A stretch of DNA of 63,350 nt, counting the filler, from Babesia bigemina (lineage: Eukaryota): NCBI RefSeq assembly GCF_000981445.1. It is 9 parts of 9 records of this genome, joined end to end, with 100 filler letters (N's around TTAATTAATTAA, not from the genome) between each part and the next. Parts side by side here need not be neighbours in the genome. Positions count along the whole stretch, not along the records: positions 1 to 8,037 come from NW_012237038.1; positions 8,138 to 12,296 come from NW_012237040.1; 7 more parts are not named here. One strand, written 5' to 3'. The translations under genes were made by a program, and so were the position numbers. The notes beneath the pieces are model-generated. The model was not told where the DNA came from. It ran no database searches and saw only the letters and a program-made list of their open reading frames with translations. Below, in pieces: positions 1 through 8,962 of this stretch (its first letter is position 1; each line of letters starts with the position of its first letter).

Positions 1-30
1 AATAAAGTTTTTAAGGAAAGATATTATGTT
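1..30. repeat. Inner part of the mitochondrial terminal inverted repeat (cob-side end, truncated)
   Basis: 1-30 is the exact reverse complement of 5763-5792 and identical to 6081-6110. Piroplasm mtDNAs are known linear monomers with TIRs. Confidence 0.85.
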
Positions 31-40
31 AAGTTAAATA

Positions 41-122
41 TACTAGATAGGGAACGAACTGCTTCTCAGCGTTCTTAACCCAACTCACGTACCATATTAA
101 TATGATGAACTCTCATACCTAC
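41..122 (-). rRNA. Mitochondrial LSU rRNA fragment (3' part of the peptidyl-transferase centre)
   Basis: Minus strand reads GTACGTGAGTTGGGTTAAGAACGCTGAGAAGCAGTTCGTTCCCTATCT, matching the universal 23S ~2570-2615 motif. Confidence 0.85.
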
Positions 123-189
123 TAAACCTTATTCAAGCATTAAATATTTAACACCATTGTCGAAATCACGTTAAAAATATATTTCTATA

Positions 190-228
190 CTGTGAGAGAA
201 ATTTAGTGAAGGAACTTGACAGGTATAA
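190..228 (+). rRNA. Mitochondrial LSU rRNA fragment
   Basis: GAGAGAAATTTAGTGAAGGAACTTGACA resembles 23S ~1650-1680 (GAGAGAAC...GTGAAGGAACTAGGCA). Ends approximate. Confidence 0.65.
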
Positions 229-299
229 AATTTTTATAGTATTGTTATATAAGATCGATTTTAGGATACAGGGCTTTAACCAACAAGTTAACATTTGCA

Positions 300-1391
300 A
301 TGAATTTGATTAATTCTCATTTACTAACCTATTTAGTTCCAAGGAATTTGAATTCTAATTGGAACTTAGGTTTTATCGTGGGTTTCGTTTTTGTATTCCA
401 GATTTTCTCTGGTTTACTTATGACCTTTTATTATGTTCCAGGAGATGTTGATTCTTTCGAGTGTGTTATCAGAGTATTAACTGAGGTTAATATGGGTTGG
501 GCACTTCGTTATTTCCATGCTCAATGTGTTTCTTTTTGCTTTTTCTTTATGATGTTACATATGTTAAAAGGTTTATGGTACTCAAGTAAACATTTACCTT
601 GGTCTTGGTATTCAGGAATGGTTATATTTATTTTGAGTATGGCAATTGCTTTCTTAGGTTATGTTCTTCCAAATGGACAAATGAGTTACTGGGGAGCAAC
701 AGTTATAATTAACTTATTCTATTGGTTCCCTGATATGGTATCTCTTGTATTAGGAGGATTTGGTGTTGGATTCCCAACATTACAAAGGTTCTACATTCTA
801 CATTTTATATTGCCTTTTGTTTTATTGTTTATAGTCATTATTCACATTTATTATCTACACAGGTCTTCAAGTACTAATCCATTATCTGGAATAGATTCTT
901 GGTTAGTTTCTAGATTCTATCCTGTCATTATATTTAGTGATATAAAAATGTTGACTATGTTGTTTATATTGCTTGGAGTTCAATTAACTTATGGAGTAAT
1001 TCCATTGTTCCAAGGTGACTGTGATAATTCTATCATGGCAAACGCTTTGCAAACACCAATGCATATTGTACCAGAGTGGTATTTGTTGACTTTTTATGCA
1101 ACCCTAAAATTATTTCCAAGTAAAATTGCTGGATTAATTGCTATGGGTCTTCTACTTGAATCTTTGATTTTAATAGTAGAATCAAGAGCTGCTAGCTCTG
1201 TAATATCATGTGTACACTTCCATAGAGTATGGACATTAATAAGTATACCAATGATACCTGCATTATTTATATTGGGAAGTCTAGGAAGATTATCATTAAA
1301 CAGTGGTTTAATTTTTATCGGAATATGCTCAATTATATTAATATTAATTGCTGTATTTAAACTATTAGATTATTCAAGAATACGCTTGTAA
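300..1391 (+). CDS. cob: Cytochrome b
   Basis: 363 aa with WNLG, heme-ligand His residues, GQMSYWGATVI and the PEWY Qo motif. The Met in GQMSYW and the Tyr in TFYATLK, sites of known atovaquone-resistance substitutions in apicomplexans, are unsubstituted. Confidence 0.99.
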   Translation: MNLINSHLLTYLVPRNLNSNWNLGFIVGFVFVFQIFSGLLMTFYYVPGDVDSFECVIRVLTEVNMGWALRYFHAQCVSFCFFFMMLHMLKGLWYSSKHLPWSWYSGMVIFILSMAIAFLGYVLPNGQMSYWGATVIINLFYWFPDMVSLVLGGFGVGFPTLQRFYILHFILPFVLLFIVIIHIYYLHRSSSTNPLSGIDSWLVSRFYPVIIFSDIKMLTMLFILLGVQLTYGVIPLFQGDCDNSIMANALQTPMHIVPEWYLLTFYATLKLFPSKIAGLIAMGLLLESLILIVESRAASSVISCVHFHRVWTLISIPMIPALFILGSLGRLSLNSGLIFIGICSIILILIAVFKLLDYSRIRL

Positions 1392-1396
1392 AAAGA

Positions 1397-1490
1397 GGGA
1401 AGTTTAGCCGGGAAGTTTGCATCTAAGAGTCTTGTTTCAAAAGTAAATTTGATATAGCCGGAGTACGTAAGGAATAGGAAAGATTAACCG
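1397..1490 (+). rRNA. Mitochondrial LSU rRNA fragments (P-loop region and sarcin-ricin loop)
   Basis: GGGAAGTTTAGCCGGGAAG...CTAAGAG resembles 23S ~2240-2270. AGTACGTAAGGA (1462-1473) resembles the SRL AGTACGAGAGGA. Confidence 0.7.
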
Positions 1491-2139
1491 CTATCTTTGC
1501 TTGAAATTTGGATGTTAGATCAATTTTAAATACATTAACTTGTATATTTTATGTAATTACACAAAGTCAGAATTATCCAAAATACCAGTACATTAATGTG
1601 TTACTATTCTTTGCCTTGGATGTCAATAAATATTTAACATACATATTGAAATGTTAGAAGTGGTAAGATCAGTGGAACATGTTGTTTAATTTGATTATAC
1701 ACACTATATCTTGCTGGTATAAATTACTATAATTAAGTATTTCAGTAAAAATTGTAATCTAACTTTATTAAATACTTTGGTATGCACCTCACACCCTTAA
1801 AACGGTGTTGGATTAAATAAAGTTAACAGATAAATTCCAATTTGAACAATTATAGATTGTTCTCTGTGAAATCTTTTATGAAGAGTAATGACCTGTAATA
1901 AGTTACTGTATATACTGATTTTTTCATTACTCAAATTAACATAATTCTAGAAGGAATTTCGTGGTTATTATATTATTAAAATATTTAAGAGTAAAGATGA
2001 AGGAAGTAGGAATTGATATTAAACGTTATTAAGTACTAGACGTTAAATATTCTAGCAGTATTATATATATCTACATAAAGTATTTCAAAACTTTTTTAAA
2101 AAATTTCTGGTTACAGCATTCAAGCATACATAAGGGTTG

Positions 2140-2205
2140 GATATTAATATGTAAAATCATGCAGTGCCAGCAGCCGCGGTAATACTGTATAACCCAAGTA
2201 TAGTA
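2140..2205 (+). rRNA. Mitochondrial SSU rRNA fragment (530 loop)
   Basis: Exact universal GTGCCAGCAGCCGCGGTAATAC at 2164-2185. Confidence 0.9.
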
Positions 2206-2300
2206 AATTCATGTTTGGCAATGAACGAGTTCATGTTTGAGAAGATTAAGCAATATCAAGATTCTACATAAATCTATCAGAGCTAATTACAATTATTGGC

Positions 2301-2393
2301 AAAAAGGTACGCCGGGGATAACAGGTTAAAAATTAATTGTAGTTCATATATAATTAATTTATTGACACCTCCATGTCGTCTCACCATACCTTT
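2301..2393 (+). rRNA. Mitochondrial LSU rRNA fragment (peptidyl-transferase centre)
   Basis: AAAAGGTACGCCGGGGATAACAGG...AGTTCATAT...CACCTCCATGTCGTCTCA matches 23S ~2430-2515. Confidence 0.9.
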
Positions 2394-2422
2394 GAGTTTT
2401 GCAAAACTTGTTTAAGAGAAGT

Positions 2423-2668
2423 AAAGGTGCACGGGGTCTCTCCGTCACAGTATACCAAGATTTCTATTCAAATCTACGACTATTTCATAAAGGATTTAGT
2501 GGAGACAATAGAGAAGTCGTTACGCCATTCACATAATTGTTATTTAGACAATTAATTCCTACTTTAAGGGAATCCCCGTTGTTTGATACAGAGTATCACC
2601 GAACAGGCGTCAGAAAATGTACTTCGATATATATCTTAGCATTGTCTTATGTAGTTGTTCAACAGACG
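2423..2668 (-). rRNA. Mitochondrial LSU rRNA fragment(s), domains IV-V
   Basis: Minus strand has GACGCCTGTTCGGTG, CTTAAAGTAGGAAT, GAATGGCGTAACGAC and GACGGAGAGACCCCGTGCACC in the expected 23S order. Confidence 0.85.
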
Positions 2669-2799
2669 CTCCTCATTCTTTATTTAAATAAATTGGACTA
2701 TGTAAGTTAACCTATATAGTCTAATACGAAACAGCGTACAATCATAATTAAAGTACATATTAATATAATTAACATATTTGAAACTCTATATCGGCTTTA

Positions 2800-2826
2800 T
2801 AGTACAGGATTAGATACCCTGGAATA
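2800..2826 (+). rRNA. Mitochondrial SSU rRNA fragment (790 loop)
   Basis: ACAGGATTAGATACCCTGG universal SSU motif. Confidence 0.8.
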
Positions 2827-2836
2827 TTCTGATTCC

Positions 2837-3496
2837 ATGTATAAGAACCTTTTCTTTATAATTTATCTAAAAAATCAAACTTTGTTTTCAACTTCATTGC
2901 AAAGTGCATCTTTGGGAGAAGTCTTTTTGGTTTCTTTAATATCTTTAGTTAATAGTATTAGGGAATTTATGACAACTGATACATCAACTTTGTATGCAGT
3001 GTTTGGAATGATTATTTTTTCAGAAATATTAATATTCTTTGGATTTGCATGGGCTTATTTCCATGTAAGATGGGGAAACGTTGCAATGGATACTCCTCTT
3101 AACTTGGTTCCTTTCTTTTACATTACTGGTACTTTAAACGTTGCTAGTAGTATTATATCTTTTATAATTTATAAAAATACTTCTGGAGAATTCTCTGAGT
3201 CAGAGAAACTTTTAAGTATAGCTACTTTAATAGCTGTAGCATTCTTATCATACCAAGGTGATGAATACACCTTTATACAATGTGGATTAAATCACAGCTG
3301 GTTTATAACTACTTTCTTGATTATTACAGGACTACATTCTATGCATGTATGTGTTGGAGTAGTATTAATATTATTGTCAATATATTATCACGATAATGAT
3401 GGTTCAAATAGATCTGAGGATTTTAACATTGGAACCTACTGGCATTTTGTTGAATTAGTTTGGGTATTTTTGACTTTCCTACTTTTCTTAATGTGA
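2837..3496 (+). CDS. cox3: Cytochrome c oxidase subunit III
   Basis: Hydrophobic 219 aa with IIFSE..FFGF.WAYFH, TGLHSMHV and YWHFVELVW motifs. Exact start codon uncertain. Confidence 0.95.
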   Translation: MYKNLFFIIYLKNQTLFSTSLQSASLGEVFLVSLISLVNSIREFMTTDTSTLYAVFGMIIFSEILIFFGFAWAYFHVRWGNVAMDTPLNLVPFFYITGTLNVASSIISFIIYKNTSGEFSESEKLLSIATLIAVAFLSYQGDEYTFIQCGLNHSWFITTFLIITGLHSMHVCVGVVLILLSIYYHDNDGSNRSEDFNIGTYWHFVELVWVFLTFLLFLM

Positions 3497-3669
3497 TTTA
3501 AGAATACAGGTACTATATAGATTTGAAATAATAATATTTATTCAAGGTAACAGAGTAGAGATATTGGTAAGTTTTAGCTGACAGTAAATATAATACTCAA
3601 TATACTGTTTTATAATCCCATGCTGATATTAAACGATATCATTAGCCTTTTTTATAACAATAGCATCTA

Positions 3670-3742
3670 ATCGGATTCATCTTGAACTTGATGATTTAAA
3701 GAATTCGCGTAATAACCACTTTGAACACACTGCTCGGCACGT
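3670..3742 (+). rRNA. Mitochondrial SSU rRNA fragment (1300-1410 region)
   Basis: TTGAACACACTGCTCGGCAC (3721-3740) resembles TTGTACACACCGCCCGTCAC. Upstream CGGATT...GAATTCGCGTAAT also fits. Confidence 0.7.
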
Positions 3743-3902
3743 ATCTATAACCTTCAATGTTATATACTTATGCTTGTTGAACATATTAAAATCAACAAAA
3801 AGGTATCATCAATGCTTAGAAACAAAGGACGAAACTTTATTGTAATCGAATTTAACATAATTATATTATATAGCTATTGACTTTACATCTGTTTCTTTAC
3901 TT

Positions 3903-3948
3903 TGTTCAGCTGCAAGTTCACTGTCAACTACCATGTTTCGACTTCGTA
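3903..3948 (-). rRNA. Mitochondrial SSU rRNA 3' fragment (h44/h45)
   Basis: Minus strand GAAGTCGAAACATGGTAGTTGACAGTGAACTTGCAGCTGAAC resembles GAAGTCGTAACAAGGTAACCGTAGGGGAACCTGCGGTTGGATC. Confidence 0.8.
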
Positions 3949-3957
3949 CTGACTGCA

Positions 3958-3982
3958 AGAGCTGTAACGCTATCTTTATTCT
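3958..3982 (-). rRNA. Mitochondrial LSU rRNA fragment (GTPase-associated centre)
   Basis: Minus strand TAAAGATAGCGTTACAGCTC resembles TAAAGAAAGCGTAATAGCTC. Confidence 0.7.
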
Positions 3983-4333
3983 ACTTTTTCGAGATTCAAA
4001 AAATATTATATAAATTTTTTCTATAGAAGCACAATTCCCATCTCGCTATTTTTTTTCACTTTCACAAAGGTTACTAATGAATTCTTTTTTAAATTACTAG
4101 AATGGTACATATAAACTCATGGTCCCATTAAATATAACAAGGATTAAATCAGTGATGACTCTATAGGTATTTGACGTAATTATCGTACAAATAGTTAACA
4201 AGAAAAATATATTAATAAGTTGAAGTTATGGTTTAAAAAGTTCTGTTTTAGCTAAAGATATAGCAGTGATGCAAAAAATGAAATAATGTAAAAATAAATG
4301 GCCCTGTTCGGTATTGCATGCCTTGTGTATTTT

Positions 4334-5767
4334 TTATAATGAAATAAATATTACTATGATTAATTTTAATATCAATATCATAGTAGATCCAATAGTACAT
4401 AAGAAATTCCATCCCCACATGTCATCAGGATAATCAGGTATTCTCCTTGGTAAAGGACTGAATCCAAGACAATGCATTGGTAAGAATGTTAAGAAAACTG
4501 ATATCATAAATATTGGAATTATAAAGAGTATCATTTGATTAGTGAATATTGTACCTACTAATAGTCTTTGGATAAAGAATATAAAGCACAATAAACCAAT
4601 TATAGCTCCAATAGATAGAACAAAGTGGAAATGTCCAACAACATACAAAGTATCATGTAAGGAAACATCAACACCAGCATTTCCAAGTATGACTCCAGTA
4701 GTACCTCCGATAACGAAGTTTACAACAAATAGAATAGCCATCATAACTATTCCTAAACTCCTTACTGACTCAGCACCTTGCACTGTACAAACCCAGTTAA
4801 ATATTTTGTTACCAGTTGGTAAAGCAATTAATATTGTAGTGGTTGTAAAGAATGCACGAGTATCAGCCTCCAATCCTGAAGTATACATATGATGAGCCCA
4901 TACAAGACAACCAAGTAAAGCAATTGAAATCATAGCTAATATCATAGTTTGACTTCCAAATAGCTCTTTTGTGCAATAAGAAGACAATATAGCACTTATC
5001 ACACCAAAAGCAGGTAATATCAAAATATATACTTCTGGATGACCAAAGAACCAAAACAAATGTTGATATAATACTGGATCTCCTGAATTTGAGGACTCAA
5101 AGAACATTGTATTATAATGCCTATCAAAGAATACCATCAATAAAACAGAAGTAACAACTGGAAGAGAAATTAACAACAAGAATGCTGTTAATACAATTGA
5201 CCAAGCTATTGGACCTAATCTGTCTATTGTTTGACCAATAGATTTTAAAGCTCCAAAAGTAACTATAAAGTTAGCTCCACTCATTGCACTTGCAATTCCA
5301 GAAGCAAGTAATCCAAATATAATAAAATCAACACCAAGAGAAGAAATAGAAGTTGACAAAGGAGGGTACAATGTCCATCCAGTTCCACTTCCCATTTCAA
5401 AATATACGCTTGCAATTACAAGACCAAATGCAATTGGTTGAAGCAACAAACTGTATAAATTTGCCCTTGGAAAAACAACATCAGCTGCTCCAAGAACAAT
5501 CGGAAACAAATAATTTCCAACTCCACCAAATAGACCAGTCATAACGTTAAAGAATATCATAATTAAACCATGAAGAGAGAACAACATATTATATACTTCT
5601 AAAGTATCCATTGTGATTATTTTTAATCCACTCATGCTTAATTCAGTTCTGATCAATATACTCATATAGAATCCTATCACACCGAACCAATATGATAACC
5701 ATATATAAGATATTCCTATAATTTTGTGATTTGCTGAAACCGAATTATAACTTTGAATCATAAACAT
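4334..5767 (-). CDS. cox1: Cytochrome c oxidase subunit I
   Basis: 477 aa with NHK.IG, GWTLYPPLS, WFFGHPEVY, WAHHMY and HFHFVLS motifs. Confidence 0.99.
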   Translation of the reverse strand: MFMIQSYNSVSANHKIIGISYIWLSYWFGVIGFYMSILIRTELSMSGLKIITMDTLEVYNMLFSLHGLIMIFFNVMTGLFGGVGNYLFPIVLGAADVVFPRANLYSLLLQPIAFGLVIASVYFEMGSGTGWTLYPPLSTSISSLGVDFIIFGLLASGIASAMSGANFIVTFGALKSIGQTIDRLGPIAWSIVLTAFLLLISLPVVTSVLLMVFFDRHYNTMFFESSNSGDPVLYQHLFWFFGHPEVYILILPAFGVISAILSSYCTKELFGSQTMILAMISIALLGCLVWAHHMYTSGLEADTRAFFTTTTILIALPTGNKIFNWVCTVQGAESVRSLGIVMMAILFVVNFVIGGTTGVILGNAGVDVSLHDTLYVVGHFHFVLSIGAIIGLLCFIFFIQRLLVGTIFTNQMILFIIPIFMISVFLTFLPMHCLGFSPLPRRIPDYPDDMWGWNFLCTIGSTMILILKLIIVIFISL

Positions 5768-6175
5768 AATATCTTTCCTTAAAAACTTTATTTAAAAACA
5801 CTAACAAACAACTCAAAGCAGAGCTGACAGTTATTCGTTCAGTGTTAATTATATGTAACAAGTGTTCTTTATACATGATCACTTGTTTAAATTTTAAAAA
5901 ATATAAAGTTTTTGCATTTATTTTGAAAGTAATACTATAAATTTATACAAAATAAATGCAAAAACTTTATATTTTTTAAAATTTAAACAAGTGATCATGT
6001 ATAAAGAACACTTGTTACATATAATTAACACTGAACGAATAACTGTCAGCTCTGCTTTGAGTTGTTTGTTAGTGTTTTTAAATAAAGTTTTTAAGGAAAG
6101 ATATTATGTTTATGATTCAAAGTTATAATTCGGTTTCAGCAAATCACAAAATTATAGGAATATCTTATATATGGT
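5698..6175. repeat. Perfect 228-bp fold-back palindrome with a 22-nt loop at the mtDNA end
   Basis: 5948-6175 is the reverse complement of 5698-5925. Loop 5926-5947 is AAAGTAATACTATAAATTTATA. Confidence 0.95.
5763..5925. repeat. Mitochondrial terminal inverted repeat (cox1 end, ~163 bp)
   Basis: The inner 30 bp is the reverse complement of 1-30. AT-rich and non-coding apart from the first 5 nt of cox1. Confidence 0.8.
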
Positions 6176-6420
6176 GATCATATTGGTTCTGTGTGATAGG
6201 ACTCTATCTGACTATACCGATCGGAACTGAACCAGGCGGGCGTGCATGAACTGTAACCGCAACGGATACTCTACAAGCACTAAGAGGTTGTTCCCTCTGG
6301 GCGGTCTAGATCTGCCGCGGTACCACCACATCACCGCACCATCACAGGTCATCTACCAGGTGGTCGCCTACGAACTGGCCCGGTACCACACACGCTACCT
6401 ACCCCTACGGGGCATCAACC
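6176..6420. other. Chimeric blended junction between inverted cox1 and a nuclear repeat gene (probable mixed-read artefact)
   Basis: Identity to cox1 decays gradually while identity to the 63-bp repeat rises gradually. There is no discrete breakpoint. Confidence 0.75.
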
Positions 6421-8037
6421 GGCTGGTCGCCCAGGAACTGGAGCGGGTCAAAGGCCGGGGGAAGCACACGTGCCATTAGTGGAAAGGGGTGCGGCATCTA
6501 CATCAACTCCTCCTACAACTGCTGATGTGTATATTAGTCCAGAATCGGGGCCGCTTGGTAAAACTGCCAACATTGTTGTTTCACCTAAAGCGGGGCCGCC
6601 TCCTGCGCAAATCAACCTCAAGTATGACGCAAGTAAAGGACCACCACCTAAGGAGTTGATTATCCGATATGACGAATCCGCAGGTCCCCATGCATCTCAG
6701 GCACCAAGCGGATCTCAGCTACCACCACATCAACAAACCCCTACTGGCCATCAACCGGCTGGTCGCCCAGGAACTGCCGCGGTACAACCCAATCAACCAA
6801 CTCCTACAGGTCATCAACCGGGTGGGCAATCAGGAACTGCCGCGGTACCACCACATCAACCCACCAACACAGGTCATCAACCGGCTGGTCGCCCAGGAAC
6901 TGCCGCGGTACAACCCAATCAACCAACCCTTACAGGCCATCAACCCAATGGTCACCCAGGAACTGGGCCAGTACCACACACGCAACCAACTCCTACAGGT
7001 CATCAACCGGGTGGGCAATCAGGAACTGCCGCGGTACCACCACATCAACCCACCAACACAGGTCATCAACCGGCTGGTCGCCCAGGAACTGCCGCGGTAC
7101 CACCACATCAACCCACCAACACAGGTCATCAACCAGGTGGTCACCTAGGAACTGGGCCAGTACCACACACGCAACCAACTCCTACAGGTCATCAACCGGG
7201 TGGGCAATCAGGAACTGCCGCGGTACCACCACATCAACCCACCAACACAGGTCATCAACCGGCTGGTCGCCCAGGAACTGCCGCGGGTCAAAGGCCGGGG
7301 GAAGCACACGTGCCATTAGTGGAAAGGGGTGCGGCATCTACATCAACTCCTCCTACAACTGCTGATGTGTATATTAGTCCAGAATCGGGGCCGCTTGGTA
7401 AAACTGCCAACATTGTTGTTTCACCTAAAGCGGGGCCGCCTCCTGCGCAAATCAACCTCAAGTATGACGCAAGTAAAGGACCACCACCTAAGGAGTTGAT
7501 TATCCGATATGACGAATCCGCAGGTCCCCATGCATCTCAGGCACCAAGCGGATCTCAGCTACCACCACATCAACAAACCCCTACTGGCCATCAACCGGCT
7601 GGTCGCCCAGGAACTGCCGCGGTACAACCCAATCAACCAACCCCTACAGGGCATCAACCAGGTGGGCAACCAGGAACTGGGCCAGTACCACACACGCAAC
7701 CAACCCCTACAGGGCATCAACCAGGTGGGCAACCAGGAACTGGGCCAGTACCACACACGCAACCAACCCCTACAGGGCATCAACCAGGTGGGCAATCAGG
7801 AACTGCCGCGGTACCACCCAATCAACCAACCCCTACAGGTCATCAACCAGGTGGTCACCTAGGAACTGGGCCAGTACCACACACGCAACCAACCCCTACA
7901 GGGCATCAACCAGGTGGGCAATCAGGAACTGCCGCGGTACCACCACATCAACCCACCAACACAGGTCATCAACCAGGTGGGCAATCAGGAACTGCCGCGG
8001 TACCACCACATCAACCCACCACACAGTCGCGTCAGTT
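6421..8037 (+). CDS. Partial Pro/Gln/Gly/Thr/His-rich repetitive protein (21-aa repeats and a duplicated ~90-aa domain)
   Basis: Open frame with 63-bp units (GHQPGGQSGTAAVPPHQPTNT and variants) and an 840-bp higher-order duplication (6421 vs 7261). Both ends are missing; the ORF-track start at 6470 is an internal GTG. Confidence 0.7.
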
Positions 8038-8137
8038 NNNNNNNNNNNNNNNNNNNNNNNNNNNNNNNNNNNNNNNNNNNNTTAATTAATTAANNNNNNN
8101 NNNNNNNNNNNNNNNNNNNNNNNNNNNNNNNNNNNNN
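8038..8137. other. Artificial contig spacer
   Basis: N44-TTAATTAATTAA-N44. Identical spacers at 12297-12396, 15102-15201, 25767-25866, 45939-46038, 48223-48322, 56262-56361 and 58623-58722. Confidence 0.99.
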
Positions 8138-8427
8138 ATTTCTGTGATGTATTTCGAGAGGCATTTGACAAAGACTCACATCTTGTGCAGTTTTTCAATG
8201 CCATTGATAATTTCATCTTCACCATCCGCGCCCCTTTCATCTGGCTCAACGTAGCCCTCTGGCTCCTCTCCTTCCTCTACCTCACCCACATCATGGTCAT
8301 CCGCCTGGACCTGCTCCACATCAAATCTCACTTACACTCACCATCGTCACATCGCATCGCCGCTCAATCACTACTCGCCGCCGCACGTGTTAACAAGCTT
8401 AACAGGGTGTTTTACCTACAACCATAA
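8138..8427 (+). CDS. ves1: ves1-like gene, 3' fragment (TM and tail class A)
   Basis: IRAPFIWLNVALWLLS...HIKSHLHSPSSHRIAAQSLLAAARVNKLNRVFYLQP*. Cut by the contig start. Confidence 0.85.
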
Positions 8428-8549
8428 TCGTACTCACGTGTTTACTATCTACACTCACCTAGCATCACCTACTCACCTAACTTATGAATTGTGCTTTAAT
8501 CTGTTGTATCACTCATTAATCGTTGTATGTCATTGTGTAATAGTTAACT
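8428..8549 (+). promoter_or_regulatory. Conserved class A ves 3' flank / 3' UTR (~120 bp)
   Basis: Near-identical copies follow the stop codon at 23948, 26078, 50258(-), 55618(-) and 61350(-). Confidence 0.7.
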
Positions 8550-8757
8550 AAAGTGCTGACCAACGTGCTGACCAACGTGCTGACCAACGTGCTGACCAAG
8601 GTCGTGACCAAAGTGCTGACCAAGGTGCTGACCAAAGTGCTGACCAAAGTGCTGACCAAAGTGCTGACCAAAGTGGTGACAAACGTGCTGACCAACGTGC
8701 TGACCAAAGTGGTGACCTAGCACCTTACCAAAGTGTTGACCAAAGTGGTGACCAAGT
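8550..8757 (+). repeat. 12-bp tandem repeat (AAGTGCTGACCA)
   Basis: Visible 12-nt periodicity with variants. Confidence 0.95.
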
Positions 8758-8760
8758 TGA

Positions 8761-8948
8761 TGGTCACGGCAGCGATGACATGGTTACGGCAGCGATGACA
8801 TGGTTACGGCAGCGATGACATGGTTACGGCGGCGGTGACATGGTCACGGCAGCGATGACATGGTCACGGCAGCGATGACATGGTCACGTCAGCGATGACA
8901 TGGTCACGGCAGCGATGACATGGACACGGCAGCGATTACATGGTTACA
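8761..8948 (+). repeat. 20-bp tandem repeat (ACGGCAGCGATGACATGGTY)
   Basis: Exact 20-nt periodicity. Confidence 0.95.
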
Positions 8949-8962
8949 AGTGGTGATTATTA

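Noticed and set aside
2373..2555. Small mitochondrial ORF, and other short ORFs overlapping cox1 and ves genes
   Set aside because: They overlap rRNA fragments or lie antisense or out of frame to established genes, with no independent coding signal.
3494..3520. TGA read as Trp extending cox3 to the TAG at 3518-3520
   Set aside because: cob, cox1 and cox3 translate without internal TGA, so nothing here supports TGA=Trp. It cannot be excluded without transcript or protein data.
6176..6420. Mitochondrial DNA integrated into a nuclear gene (NUMT) or a cox1 fusion
   Set aside because: The transition is a gradual base-by-base blend of two sequences, typical of a mixed read or consensus artefact, with no discrete junction.
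8038..8137. Recurrent TTAATTAATTAA palindrome flanked by Ns
   Set aside because: Artificial all-frame-stop contig linker. Adjacency across these spacers carries no biological meaning.
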